From Janthinobacterium lividum (GTDB lineage: Bacteria > Pseudomonadota > Gammaproteobacteria > Burkholderiales > Burkholderiaceae_C), in NCBI GenBank assembly GCA_050954325.1, contig JBPBPG010000002.1, positions 1,005,371 to 1,069,370 on the forward strand: DNA of 64,000 nucleotides. Reading direction: 5' to 3'. A model generated the notes under the pieces. That model was given only the letters and a program-made list of their open reading frames with translations. It did no database searches and was not told where the DNA came from. The position numbers were made by a program, and so were the translations under genes. The stretch's first letter is position 1; each line of letters begins with the position of its first letter. Of this stretch, positions 45,607-55,873 are shown piece after piece.

Positions 45607-46643
45607 AGCACCTGCCGACGCTCCGTCTGGCTCGCATCCGAGGAGGAAGCGCGCACGGTTTCACCCTCGTCGAGCTGATGGTGGCGCTGGCACTGACGTT
45701 GTTGCTGGTCGTGGTCGCGGCTGCATGCCTGCAGGTGGCTCGGCGCGGTCAGGCGAGCGTCGACGCCTTGAGCCAGTTGCAGGACAACGCCCGTTTCGCG
45801 GCAGACATGGCCCAGAGGATCGCCGGTCAGGCCGGCTACCTCGATGCCGACAACGCGGTCGAGACCGACACTGGCAACTTCATGCTGGCAGCGGCGAATT
45901 CGGCACCGCCGTTCGTCGAGGGCTACGACGATGCCATCGTTCCTGCCGGCGCAGCCGGTGCGGTGACCGCCGTCGGCGCCAACGGGAGCCGGAGCGTCGG
46001 CTGCACCGCGTCGGCCGGCTCGGCTTGCAACAACGGCAGCGACATCCTCGTCCTGCGCTCGCAGGCCAATGCGCGCTGGCCAGGATCGACGAAGACCGAC
46101 GGCACGATGCTCGACTGCATGGGCGACAGCATCGACGTCGTGCCGGCCGACCGCACGGAGACGAGCGTCAGCGTGCTGCATCTGCGCGTCGGCAACGACG
46201 GAGAACCGTCGCTCATGTGCAGCGTCGGCACGACGAAGGGAACCGTCACCACGCTCGTCGGGAAGACCCAACCCGTCGTTCAGGGCGTGGAGAACTTCCA
46301 GGTGCTCTACGGCGTCGACGGCGTGCTGCCGAACACGCGACCAACGGGCCCGGGCGACGCTGTCGCCGAGCGCTATCTGCGTGCGTCGCAGATGGTCGTG
46401 CCCGGCGACCCCGAAGGCACGCGCCTGAATTGGGAACGGGTGCGGGCGTTGCGAATCGGAATGGTGCTGCGCGGGCCGCCCGATTCGGCGCAGGACCGAT
46501 CGGCCAGCATCACCTTCTTCCCGCTCGGCGAAGCGATGTCGGCGACGCAGGACGCAGGCAGCCGCTTCGTCCCCACGCTGGACGGTCGTCTGCGGCAGAC
46601 GCTGACCTTCACGGTGCACCTGCACAACCGACAGCAACCGTGA
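45603..46643 (+). CDS. pilW: type IV minor pilin PilW
   Basis: HG-FTLVELMVAL, LQDNARFA, VENFQVLYGVD. Confidence 0.9.
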   Translation: MKHLPTLRLARIRGGSAHGFTLVELMVALALTLLLVVVAAACLQVARRGQASVDALSQLQDNARFAADMAQRIAGQAGYLDADNAVETDTGNFMLAAANSAPPFVEGYDDAIVPAGAAGAVTAVGANGSRSVGCTASAGSACNNGSDILVLRSQANARWPGSTKTDGTMLDCMGDSIDVVPADRTETSVSVLHLRVGNDGEPSLMCSVGTTKGTVTTLVGKTQPVVQGVENFQVLYGVDGVLPNTRPTGPGDAVAERYLRASQMVVPGDPEGTRLNWERVRALRIGMVLRGPPDSAQDRSASITFFPLGEAMSATQDAGSRFVPTLDGRLRQTLTFTVHLHNRQQP

Positions 46644-47251
46644 ACGCGCGTCACGGCTTCGGACATCGCCGGAGATCGGCCGGCGTCGCGCTGATCGTCG
46701 TCATGGTGGTGCTCGTGATCGTGTCCTTGCTCGGTATCGGCTCCGTGCAGCTTTCGATGATGGCCGAGCGCGGCGCGCGCAACGACAGAGACGCGCAACT
46801 GGCATCGCAATCGGCAGAAGCGACCTTGCGCGATGCGGTGTCCGACATCGACGGCCCGCCCGGTTCGTCCGAGCGGGCGCACGCGTTCGCGGACGGCAAT
46901 CTGCTGGATTTCGCATCCGGATGCGGAACGGCCGGCCCGGGCAAGGGCCTGTGCAGTCAGGCGTCGAGCGGCAAGCCGGCATGGCAGACGGTCGATCTGG
47001 CCGACAGCGCCCGCACTGCTGCCTTCGGCGAATTCACGGGTCGTTCCTTCGCCACCGCTTCGGGTGACGCACGCGGCCTCATGCCGGCCGCCCTGCCCCG
47101 CTACGTCGTCGAAGCGATCGAGGACAAGGAACTCTTCAGGGATCTTTCCAGACCGCCAGGCCTGGTCTACCGCGTCACCGCGATGGGTTTCGGCCCGCGG
47201 CGCGACATCCAGGCCGTGGTCCAGATGCTTTATAGAAAAAAGAAGGAATGA
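46640..47251 (+). CDS. pilX: type IV minor pilin PilX
   Basis: AG-VALIVVMVVL (no Glu5), ARNDRD..LA.QSAEATLRDA, YRVTAMGFG; GTGA overlap with pilW. Confidence 0.88.
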   Translation: MNARHGFGHRRRSAGVALIVVMVVLVIVSLLGIGSVQLSMMAERGARNDRDAQLASQSAEATLRDAVSDIDGPPGSSERAHAFADGNLLDFASGCGTAGPGKGLCSQASSGKPAWQTVDLADSARTAAFGEFTGRSFATASGDARGLMPAALPRYVVEAIEDKELFRDLSRPPGLVYRVTAMGFGPRRDIQAVVQMLYRKKKE

Positions 47252-50200
47252 TGATGCGTCGTTCGCTCCGATGGACGTTCGTGCTCGGTGCCCTGGTATC
47301 CCTGGCCGTTTCCTGGGTGGTCGTCGCGCAGGTGGAACCGGCCAGACTGGTCGCACTGTCGGCGGAGCCGCTTTCGGGCGGCACGTCGCAGAAGCCGACC
47401 CTGGCGCTGGCGCTCTCGGTGGAATTCCCGACCGTGGGGGCCCAGTATCTCGAGCGGAACTACACGCCGCAGGATGCGTACATCGGCTATTTCGATGCCG
47501 AAAGCTGCTACGCCTACGTCGACGATGCGGACCCCGCCCTGCGCCGCTTCGACCGCATCGCCGCAGCGCCGGACCGACGCTGCGGCGGGGAAGGTTTCAG
47601 CGGCAATTTCCTGAACTGGGCGTCGAGCTCGGCGATCGACGTGCTGCGCCTCGGATTGACGGGCGGCGACCGTATCGTCGACACCGCGACGATGACGGTT
47701 CTCCAGCGCGCGGTGCTCTACAAAGCGGCCGACGGCAATTTCGCGAAGAAGACGCTGGCTGCGGCCGAAGTCGCGGGCGCCGTGCCGGCCCGGCTGCGCG
47801 GCGAATGGGCAGGCAACGTCGTGATCTCGAACTGTCTCGACCGGATGACTTTCGGAACCGGCACCCACGGCACCTGCCTTCATCCGGGCGACAACGCCGA
47901 CCTCGGCGGCGCCGGGCACGCGCACGGGTCGGCCGCGCTGTCGAGCGACGTCTTTTTCTACGCACGCGTCAGGGTCTGCGAATCGTCCTCGTCCGGTGAA
48001 CTCCAGGATCCGCGAAAGATCTACTGCGCACGCTACCCGGCCGGCAACTTCAAGCCGGTGGGCAACCTGCAGAAATACAGCGACCGGCTTCGCGTCGCCG
48101 CTTTCGGCTATCTAATGGACGACGGCAACCAGCGCTACGGCGGCGTGCTGCGCGCACCGATGAAATTCGTCGGGCCGCAGAACTTCGACGCCGACGGCCG
48201 GCGCCTGCCCGCCAATCCCCGGCTGGAGTGGGACGAGGCGACCGGCGTATTCCGGTCCAACCCGGAAGACGCCGTCGAAGGCCGCAGCGGGGTCGTCAAC
48301 TACCTGAACCAGTTCGGCCGCACCGGACAGGTCGCCGGACGCTACAAGGTCATGGACCCCATCGGGGAGCTCTACTACGAGGCGTTGCGCTATCTGCAGG
48401 GCCTGGCGCCGACCCCGCGAGCGGTCGCCGGCATGACCGATGAAATGAAGGACGGCTTTCCCGCCTACGAGCGGTGGGAGGACCCGCATGCCGGCGGCTC
48501 GCCCGACCGGAATCACGCCTGCGTGCGCAACAACATCCTCGTTATCGGCGACGTCAATACGCACAACGACAAGTCCATTCCCGGCAATACGTCCCGGCTC
48601 GACAGCGGCGAGTTTTCGCGCCCCGCCGACCCGTCCGCGAACGAACCCGACTTCGTCGCCTGGACCCGCGTCGTCGGCGGCTTCGAAGCGGGTTCGGCAG
48701 TGTCGTACCAGGACGCAGCCGGCCTACCGCGGACCACTTCGAATCCCAACGCGATGGCCGATGTTCCGCACGCCCCGCAGAAGACCCTTTCGGGCATCGC
48801 CGATGCCGACACCGGCGCCGACCGGGCCAGTTTCTACATGGCCGGCATGGCGTACTGGGCGAACACCCACGACATCCGGGGTGCCCAGTGGACGGCCGAG
48901 CCTTCGAAGCGACGCCCCGGGATGCGCGTGACGACCTATGCGATCGATGTCAACGAAGGGGGCGCCGACGCGGCGCTGCAGAACCGCCGACGCAAGCAGC
49001 TGTTCCTCGCCGCCAAATACGGCGGATTCAAGGATCGGTCCACCACGGGCAACCCCTTCCTGGACGCACAGGGCGCACTCGACAACAACGGTTGGGAAGG
49101 CTCGAACGGCAATGGGGATCCGCGCAACTACTACTTGTCGAGCAGCGCGCCGGCCGTACTGCGAGGCCTCGACGAGATCTTTGCAAGCCTGGCTTCCCGC
49201 AGCAACGCCGTTGCGTCCGGCGACACGCCGACCGGCATCCTGACGCCCGGCCAGGAGTTGCTGAACTACCAGGCCAGCTTCGATCCCGATCGATGGAGCG
49301 GCGACGTGCTCGCGCTTCCGGTCACGGTCGACGCCGAAGCCGCAGTACGTATTGCGAACGGGAAAAAGGAAGCACGCTGGTCTGCGGCGGACAAGCTCGA
49401 CGCGCCGACGACCGACCCCGCGGCACGACGAATCTTCGTCGGACGTGTCGACAGCCGGCAGACCGCCGCGACCGAATTCAGCTGGCCGGCGCTCGAGCCT
49501 GCCACAGGCGGCTACAGCCTGCGCGCCCTTCTCGATCGCCCCGCGCCGACCTCCGCAGCCGACGGGCTCGGCCAAAAACGGCTGGACTTCCTGCGCGGCG
49601 ATCGGAGCCTCGAGGGCAGCGTCTTTCGCACGCGTGCGAGCCGTCTCGGCGACATCGTGCATTCGGGCATCGCCACGTCGGGCCCGCCGGGAACGGGCAT
49701 CGGCGCGCCGGGATATGCCGCCTTCCACGACGCGAACAAGGGCCGGGCCGAATCGCTTTTCGTCGGTGCCAACGACGGAATGCTGCACGCGTTCGATGCG
49801 CGCGACGGACACGAACTCTTCGCCTACATCCCCAGCTGGGTCGGGCCGAATCTCGCTGCGCTGACCGGACCCGGCTACGACGCGGGCGGACATCGTGCGT
49901 ATGTCGACGCCACGCCGCGCGTCGCCGACACGAGCATGGCGGACGGCAGCTGGAAGACGGTGCTGGTCGGCGGCACCGGCGCCGGCGGCCAGGGCGTCTT
50001 CGCGCTGGACGTAACCGATCCGGGCGCATTCGATGCATCGAAGGTGCTGTGGGAATTCACCGACCGCGACGATCCGCAAATGGGCAACGTCGTCGGCCGG
50101 CCATCGATCGCCAGGTTCCGCACCAGCGCGGCCGGCGCCTCCGGTGGCGCGGTCTACCGCAGCTTCGCCGTCGTGGCCAGCGGTGTGAACAGCGCCCTGG

Positions 50201-51261
50201 CCGACGGTTTCGCCCGGCCGGACGGCGCACCGGCCGTCTTCCTGCTCGACCTTTCCAAGCCCGTGGGCACGCCCTGGCGACTGAACGCCAACTACTTCAG
50301 GCTCGACGTGCCCACCGACGCGGCGCTTTCGCGCACCGTCGCGCCCGGCGTCGTCGAGCCGAGCACGACGCTGGGGCCGGCGGGCGAAGTCCGTGCGCTG
50401 TATGCAGGCGACCTCCACGGTCGGCTGTGGAAGCTCGACTTCACCATGCTCGGCAGCGCAGGCTGGACCTTCGATGCCCTGTCGGCTTTTCGCAAGGACC
50501 GCAGTGCCCTGCCGCTGTTCGTCGCCAAGGACCCGAGCGGCCGGGTGCAGCCCGTCACGATGGCGCCGAGCCTGACCGGCGGACCCGGGAAGAGCACCCT
50601 GGTGTCGTTCGGCACCGGCAAATACCTCGAGGCGAGCGATGCGGACGGCACCGATGTGCAACCGCAGTCCGTCTACACGCTCTACGACGACGGCCGCATC
50701 GAACCCGACGGCAAGGCAGATATCGCCGGCATTGGCGGCCGCGCGCGGCTCGCCCGGGGCACGGTCGACGACGGCGCGGTCCGCCTGCCCGCCTTTGCCT
50801 GGGGACGGCCATCGACGGACGAAGACGTCTCCAGCCGTGCTGGCTGGTATTTCGACCTGCCGGCGGCCGGCGAACGGCAGGTCGGCGCGATGCGGACCTT
50901 CGGACAGACGCTGCTCTTCGCCTCCCTGTTGCCGCAGGACGATGGTGCAGGTTCGTCGCAAGGATGCAGTCCCGGCAGCCGGCTGTACGTGATGGACCTC
51001 GCGACCGGACGCGGTGCGTCATCGCCGTCCACCGTCGGCGTGCTGGACGCCCCCTACGCGGTGCAGGTCGGCGCCTCGACGCACGGTGTGGCGAACGCCG
51101 TCGGCCAGGGCGAATCGGTCAGCCGCGGCCGCATCGTCATGCGTGGTACGCGCGGGACGCAGATGGCGAAGGATTCGCTGGAGCGCCGCAGCACCTTCGG
51201 CGTGCTGAGCTGGAGGCGCATCAACAACTATCAGGAATTGCGGCGTGCGAAAGCGGACTGA
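47248..51261 (+). CDS. pilY1: PilY1/PilC type IV pilus tip adhesin (1337 aa)
   Basis: LGDIVHS, VGANDGMLHAF, ELFAYIP, YVDATP, WKTVLVGGTGAGG, YAGDLHGRLWK beta-propeller motifs. Confidence 0.93.
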   Translation: MMMRRSLRWTFVLGALVSLAVSWVVVAQVEPARLVALSAEPLSGGTSQKPTLALALSVEFPTVGAQYLERNYTPQDAYIGYFDAESCYAYVDDADPALRRFDRIAAAPDRRCGGEGFSGNFLNWASSSAIDVLRLGLTGGDRIVDTATMTVLQRAVLYKAADGNFAKKTLAAAEVAGAVPARLRGEWAGNVVISNCLDRMTFGTGTHGTCLHPGDNADLGGAGHAHGSAALSSDVFFYARVRVCESSSSGELQDPRKIYCARYPAGNFKPVGNLQKYSDRLRVAAFGYLMDDGNQRYGGVLRAPMKFVGPQNFDADGRRLPANPRLEWDEATGVFRSNPEDAVEGRSGVVNYLNQFGRTGQVAGRYKVMDPIGELYYEALRYLQGLAPTPRAVAGMTDEMKDGFPAYERWEDPHAGGSPDRNHACVRNNILVIGDVNTHNDKSIPGNTSRLDSGEFSRPADPSANEPDFVAWTRVVGGFEAGSAVSYQDAAGLPRTTSNPNAMADVPHAPQKTLSGIADADTGADRASFYMAGMAYWANTHDIRGAQWTAEPSKRRPGMRVTTYAIDVNEGGADAALQNRRRKQLFLAAKYGGFKDRSTTGNPFLDAQGALDNNGWEGSNGNGDPRNYYLSSSAPAVLRGLDEIFASLASRSNAVASGDTPTGILTPGQELLNYQASFDPDRWSGDVLALPVTVDAEAAVRIANGKKEARWSAADKLDAPTTDPAARRIFVGRVDSRQTAATEFSWPALEPATGGYSLRALLDRPAPTSAADGLGQKRLDFLRGDRSLEGSVFRTRASRLGDIVHSGIATSGPPGTGIGAPGYAAFHDANKGRAESLFVGANDGMLHAFDARDGHELFAYIPSWVGPNLAALTGPGYDAGGHRAYVDATPRVADTSMADGSWKTVLVGGTGAGGQGVFALDVTDPGAFDASKVLWEFTDRDDPQMGNVVGRPSIARFRTSAAGASGGAVYRSFAVVASGVNSALADGFARPDGAPAVFLLDLSKPVGTPWRLNANYFRLDVPTDAALSRTVAPGVVEPSTTLGPAGEVRALYAGDLHGRLWKLDFTMLGSAGWTFDALSAFRKDRSALPLFVAKDPSGRVQPVTMAPSLTGGPGKSTLVSFGTGKYLEASDADGTDVQPQSVYTLYDDGRIEPDGKADIAGIGGRARLARGTVDDGAVRLPAFAWGRPSTDEDVSSRAGWYFDLPAAGERQVGAMRTFGQTLLFASLLPQDDGAGSSQGCSPGSRLYVMDLATGRGASSPSTVGVLDAPYAVQVGASTHGVANAVGQGESVSRGRIVMRGTRGTQMAKDSLERRSTFGVLSWRRINNYQELRRAKAD

Positions 51262-51277
51262 TGCGACGTCAACGCGC

Positions 51278-51850
51278 ATGAATACGGGCTTCACGCTGGT
51301 CGAGCTCATGGTCGTGCTTGCCGTGCTGGCGATCGCACTCGCGACGGCCGCGCCGGGCTTCACCGGTTTTCTGCGCAATGCGGAGCTGACCACGGCAGCC
51401 AACAGCTTCGTCGCCAGCGTCAATGCTGCACGCTCCGAAGCCATGAAACGCAACCTGCCGGCGCTGGTCATGCCGCTGGACGCGGCGCGCCGGGACTGGT
51501 CGCAGGGTTTCGTGGCTTTCGTCGATGTCGACATGGACGGTGCATACACCGAATCGGTCGACATCACCGTGCTGCGCCAGCCGATCTCGGCGCCCTTCCT
51601 CAGCGTCACGGGCACCGGCACCGCCAAGTCCACGCCGGCGTACGTGCGCTACGATGGCTCGGGCTTCGCCAGGACTGCCAGCGGCAGCTTCATCGCCCTG
51701 AGCATGAGCTTTTCCCGCAACGACGCTCCGGCAGCAGAGGCCTTTTCGCAGACGCGTCGCATCTTCATCGCACGGACCGGGCGCATTCGAATGTGCACCC
51801 CGGCTTCCGCGAAGGACGCGCGCTGCGAATTGCCGGAGACCGATTCCTGA
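51278..51850 (+). CDS. fimT: GspH/FimT family minor pilin
   Basis: TG-FTLVELMVVLAVLAI, ARSEAMKRN. Confidence 0.88.
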   Translation: MNTGFTLVELMVVLAVLAIALATAAPGFTGFLRNAELTTAANSFVASVNAARSEAMKRNLPALVMPLDAARRDWSQGFVAFVDVDMDGAYTESVDITVLRQPISAPFLSVTGTGTAKSTPAYVRYDGSGFARTASGSFIALSMSFSRNDAPAAEAFSQTRRIFIARTGRIRMCTPASAKDARCELPETDS

Positions 51851-51860
51851 TCACTTCGCA

Positions 51861-53024
51861 ATGTCCGCTTCCGCATCCGCATCCGCATCCGCTACGCACC
51901 TTTCTTCCTCCAGCGGCACGGCACTCGCCCTGCAGCAGGCACGGGCCTGCCTTTTCGTCACCGACCCGAACCCGCGCGTGGGTTGCGTGCTGGCGCTGCC
52001 CGACGGCACGGTCGTGGGCGTCGGGCAGACGCAGCGCGTCGGCGGCGCGCACGCGGAGATCATGGCGCTGCGCGACGCCGCCGCGCGCGGTTTCTCCGTC
52101 GCGGGTGCGACTGCCTACGTCACGCTGGAGCCGTGCGCGCACCACGGGCGCACCGGCCCGTGCTGCGATGCGCTGATCACGGCCGGCATCGCGCGGGTGA
52201 CGGCCTGCATCGCCGATCCGAATCCGCTGGTCGCGGGCCAGGGCTTCGAACGGCTGCGCGCGGCGGGTGTCGAGGTGCGGGTCGGCGAAGGTGCCGGCGA
52301 ATCGCGCGCCCTCAACATCGGCTTCTTCAGCCGCATGGTCCGCAAGATGCCGTGGGTCCGGATGAAGACCGCCGCCTCGCTCGACGGCAAGACCGCCCTC
52401 GAGAACGGCCGCAGCCAATGGATCACCGGCGACGCGGCGCGCGCCGACGGTCATGCATGGCGCGCGCGGGCCAGCGCCGTTCTCACGGGCGTCGGCACGG
52501 TGATCGAGGACGACCCGCTGCTCGACGTGCGGCTGGTCGAGACCCCGCGCCAGCCGCACCTGGTGATCGTCGACAGCCGGCTGCAGACGCCGCCCGCATC
52601 GCGGCTGTTCGACGTGCCCGACCGCCAGGTATGGATCTACTGCGCGAGTGGCGACGAGACCAGGTCCGCCGCTTTGGAAGCGCGTGGCGCCAGCGTCACC
52701 TGCATTGCCAATCCGCACGGCAAGGTCGACCTGCCCGCACTCTTGCGGGATCTGGCCGCACGCGAAGTCAACGAGCTGCATGTCGAGGCCGGCGAGAAAC
52801 TCAACGGCTCGTTGCTGCGCGAAGGACTTGTCGATGAACTGCTGGTGTATCTGGCGCCGAAGTTCATCGGCAGTGGGCTCGGCATCGCGAGCGCACCTTT
52901 CGCCGGCGGTCCGTTGACCGATCTGGCGCAGGCGACGGCGCTGGAATTCATGTCGGTGGATCGTTTCGGGCCCGATCTGCGCATCGTCGCGCGCGTGGTC
53001 GGACGGGACGCGTTCGAGGGCTGA
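51861..53024 (+). CDS. ribD: riboflavin biosynthesis deaminase/reductase
   Basis: PNPRVGCV, HAE, TLEPCAHHGRTGPC, AASLDGK, HVEAG. Confidence 0.96.
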   Translation: MSASASASASATHLSSSSGTALALQQARACLFVTDPNPRVGCVLALPDGTVVGVGQTQRVGGAHAEIMALRDAAARGFSVAGATAYVTLEPCAHHGRTGPCCDALITAGIARVTACIADPNPLVAGQGFERLRAAGVEVRVGEGAGESRALNIGFFSRMVRKMPWVRMKTAASLDGKTALENGRSQWITGDAARADGHAWRARASAVLTGVGTVIEDDPLLDVRLVETPRQPHLVIVDSRLQTPPASRLFDVPDRQVWIYCASGDETRSAALEARGASVTCIANPHGKVDLPALLRDLAAREVNELHVEAGEKLNGSLLREGLVDELLVYLAPKFIGSGLGIASAPFAGGPLTDLAQATALEFMSVDRFGPDLRIVARVVGRDAFEG

Positions 53025-53049
53025 TGCCGAGTTAGGCGAAAATGCACGG

Positions 53050-53706
53050 ATGTTCACCGGAATCATCACCGGCGTGGGGCGCATCGTCGCCGCCCACGAC
53101 CTCGGAAGCTCTTCATCCCACGGCAAGCGGCTCAGCATCGCCGTGCCCGACGGTTATCTCGACGACGTCGGGCTCGGCGACAGCATCGCGCTCAACGGCG
53201 CCTGCATGACCGTCACTTCGCTCGACCCTGCGCGGCAGCAGTTCACCATCGACATCTCGGTCGAGTCGCTCGACAAGACCGCCGGCCTCGCCGGCGAAGC
53301 GCCGCGCATCAACCTCGAGAAAGCCCTGCGCGCCAACGACCGCCTCGGCGGCCACATCGTCTCCGGGCATGTGGACGGCATCGGCACGGTCGCGCACTTC
53401 GCGGCGGTCGGCGAGAGCTGGGAGTTGCGCATCCTCGCGCCGCTCGCGCTCTCGCGCTTCCTGGCCTACAAGGGCTCGATCACGGTCAACGGCGTGAGCC
53501 TCACGGTCAACAGCGTCGCCGACGTGGCCGACGGCAGCGAGATCAGCATCAACCTCATCCCGCACACGGTCGAGAACACCTCGCTCGGCACCTTGACGCA
53601 GGGCAGCCGCGTGAACCTCGAAATCGATACCGTGGCGCGCTACGTGGAGCGGATGCTCCAGGCCGGCGCGCTGCAGATTCCTCCACAGAAAGAACAGCGC
53701 CCATGA
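53050..53706 (+). CDS. ribE: riboflavin synthase
   Basis: [43 protein letters not shown]. Confidence 0.97.
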   Translation: MFTGIITGVGRIVAAHDLGSSSSHGKRLSIAVPDGYLDDVGLGDSIALNGACMTVTSLDPARQQFTIDISVESLDKTAGLAGEAPRINLEKALRANDRLGGHIVSGHVDGIGTVAHFAAVGESWELRILAPLALSRFLAYKGSITVNGVSLTVNSVADVADGSEISINLIPHTVENTSLGTLTQGSRVNLEIDTVARYVERMLQAGALQIPPQKEQRP

Positions 53707-54860
53707 AAGCTTCCGTCACGCCGATCGGCACTGCGACCCGCAGCGGACGCCCGCCCTCGCCGGTCTCGCCGGTCGACGACATCGTGGCCGACATGAAGGC
53801 CGGCCGCATGGTGATCCTGGTCGACGAGGAAGACCGCGAGAACGAAGGCGACATCGTCATCGCCGCGGACCACGTCACGCCCGAGGCCATCAACTTCATG
53901 GCCCGCCATGCGCGCGGGCTGATCTGCCTCACGCTGTCGCGCGAGATGTGCGAGCGGCTGAACCTGCCGCCGATGGTGGCGCGCAACGGCGGCAAGTATT
54001 CGACCGCTTTCACGGTGTCGATCGAGGCCGCGGAGGGCGTCACGACCGGCATCTCGGCGGCCGACCGCTCGCGCACCGTGCAGGCCGCCGTCGCCCGCGA
54101 CGCGACGGCGACCGACCTGGTGCAGCCGGGCCACATCTTCCCGCTGCAGGCGGTCGACGGCGGCGTCCTGATGCGCGCCGGCCACACCGAGGCAGGCTGC
54201 GACCTGGCCGCCATGGCCGGCTGCTCGCCGGCTTCGGTGATCTGCGAGGTCATGAACGAGGACGGCACGATGGCGCGCCTGCCCGACCTGCAGCTCTTCG
54301 CCGCCGAACACGGCCTGAAGATCGGCACCATCGCCGCGCTAATCGAGCACCGCAGCCGCACCGAATCGCTGGTGGAGCGCGTCGGTTCGCGCGAGCTCGA
54401 GACCGCCTGGGGCACCTTCAACGCGCACGCGTTCCGCGACAAACCCAGCGGCGGCGTGCACCTGGCGCTGGTGCGCGGTGCGTGGAGCCCGGACGAAGCC
54501 GTCGCGACGCGCGTGCACGAGCCGCTTTCGGTCCTCGACGCGCTGGAAGTCGACCGCTCGCTGCATTCTTGGAGCCTCGATTCCAGCCTCGCCTACATCG
54601 CGGCGCAGGGCAAAGGCGTGGCCGTGCTGGTGAACTGCGGCGAATCGGCGAGCGATCTGCTGGCGCAATTCGAAGGCACGGCCCGCCCGGCCCAGGCGCC
54701 CGAACGCGGGCGCATGGACCTGCGCAGCTACGGCATCGGCGCACAGATCCTGCGCGAATGCGGCGTTCAGCGCATGCATTTGCTCGGCACGCCGCGCCGC
54801 ATGCCCAGCATGGCGGCCGGCTACGGGCTGGAGATCGTCGGCTACATCCAGAAGGACTGA
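53703..54860 (+). CDS. ribB: DHBP synthase fused to a degenerate GTP cyclohydrolase II domain (RibBX-type)
   Basis: [25 protein letters not shown] intact; the C-terminal domain has RVHEP in place of RVHSEC and lacks the Zn-binding cysteines. Confidence 0.9.
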   Translation: MKASVTPIGTATRSGRPPSPVSPVDDIVADMKAGRMVILVDEEDRENEGDIVIAADHVTPEAINFMARHARGLICLTLSREMCERLNLPPMVARNGGKYSTAFTVSIEAAEGVTTGISAADRSRTVQAAVARDATATDLVQPGHIFPLQAVDGGVLMRAGHTEAGCDLAAMAGCSPASVICEVMNEDGTMARLPDLQLFAAEHGLKIGTIAALIEHRSRTESLVERVGSRELETAWGTFNAHAFRDKPSGGVHLALVRGAWSPDEAVATRVHEPLSVLDALEVDRSLHSWSLDSSLAYIAAQGKGVAVLVNCGESASDLLAQFEGTARPAQAPERGRMDLRSYGIGAQILRECGVQRMHLLGTPRRMPSMAAGYGLEIVGYIQKD

Positions 54861-54864
54861 ATCC

Positions 54865-55329
54865 ATGCTGTACGCGAACAAAGGTGCCGAAGCGGCGCTC
54901 GACGGAAAGGGCCTGTGCATCGGCATCGTGCAGGCGCGCTTCAACGCCGACATCACCGACGCGCTCGCCCGAGCCTGCCTGGCCGAACTGGCGGCGCTCG
55001 GCGTCGCCGACAGCGACATCGACCATGTCCAGGTACCGGGCGCGCTGGAAGTCCCGGTCGCACTGCAGGCGCTGGCCAAACGCGGCAGCTATCAGGCACT
55101 GGTCGCGCTGGGCTGCATCATCCGTGGCGAAACCTACCATTTCGAACTGGTGGCCAATGAATCGGGCGCCAGCGTCAGCCGCATCGCGCTCGACCACGGC
55201 CTGCCCATCGCCAACGCGATCCTCACCACCGAAAACCTCGAACAGGCCGTCGCGCGCCAGACCGACAAGGGCCGCGACGCGGCCCGCGTGGCGGTCGAGA
55301 TGGCGCGGCTCCTCGCCGCATTGACCTGA
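54865..55329 (+). CDS. ribH: lumazine synthase
   Basis: [24 protein letters not shown]. Confidence 0.97.
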   Translation: MLYANKGAEAALDGKGLCIGIVQARFNADITDALARACLAELAALGVADSDIDHVQVPGALEVPVALQALAKRGSYQALVALGCIIRGETYHFELVANESGASVSRIALDHGLPIANAILTTENLEQAVARQTDKGRDAARVAVEMARLLAALT

Positions 55330-55330
55330 C

Positions 55331-55873
55331 ATGACCGAAGAAACCACCAAGACCATCGCCACCGGCAAGCCGCCGCGCCAGACGCGCACCGGCCTGACCA
55401 GCACCGGCGCACGCAAGGCTTCGGCCAAGTCCAACCGCAGCCGCTCGCGCGAATTCGCGCTGCAGGCGCTCTACCAGCACCTGGTCGGCCGCAACGACGC
55501 GACGGACATCGACCACTTCACGCGCGACCTCGCCGGCTTTCACAAGGCCGACGCGGCCCACTACGACGCGCTGCTGCACGGCTCGATCCGCGACGAAGCG
55601 GAACTGGATGCGCTGATCGTCCCGTTGCTCGATCGCAAGATGGCGGAAATTTCGCCGGTCGAGCATGCGGTGATGTGGATCGGCGTCTACGAGTTCAAGC
55701 ATTGCCTCGACGTGCCGTGGCGCGTGGTGCTCAACGAGTGCATCGAACTCGCCAAGGAATTCGGCGGCACCGACGGCCACAAGTACGTGAACGCGGTGCT
55801 CAACGGCGTCGCCCCGCAGCTGCGCGCGCTCGAAGTCGAGTCCGACCGCGCATCGGGCAAGGCACGCCCGTGA
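55331..55873 (+). CDS. nusB: transcription antitermination factor NusB
   Basis: [34 protein letters not shown]. Confidence 0.96.
   Translation: MTEETTKTIATGKPPRQTRTGLTSTGARKASAKSNRSRSREFALQALYQHLVGRNDATDIDHFTRDLAGFHKADAAHYDALLHGSIRDEAELDALIVPLLDRKMAEISPVEHAVMWIGVYEFKHCLDVPWRVVLNECIELAKEFGGTDGHKYVNAVLNGVAPQLRALEVESDRASGKARP

Noticed and set aside
51800-53050. FMN riboswitch for the rib genes
   Set aside because: There is no intergenic space and no RFN consensus blocks.
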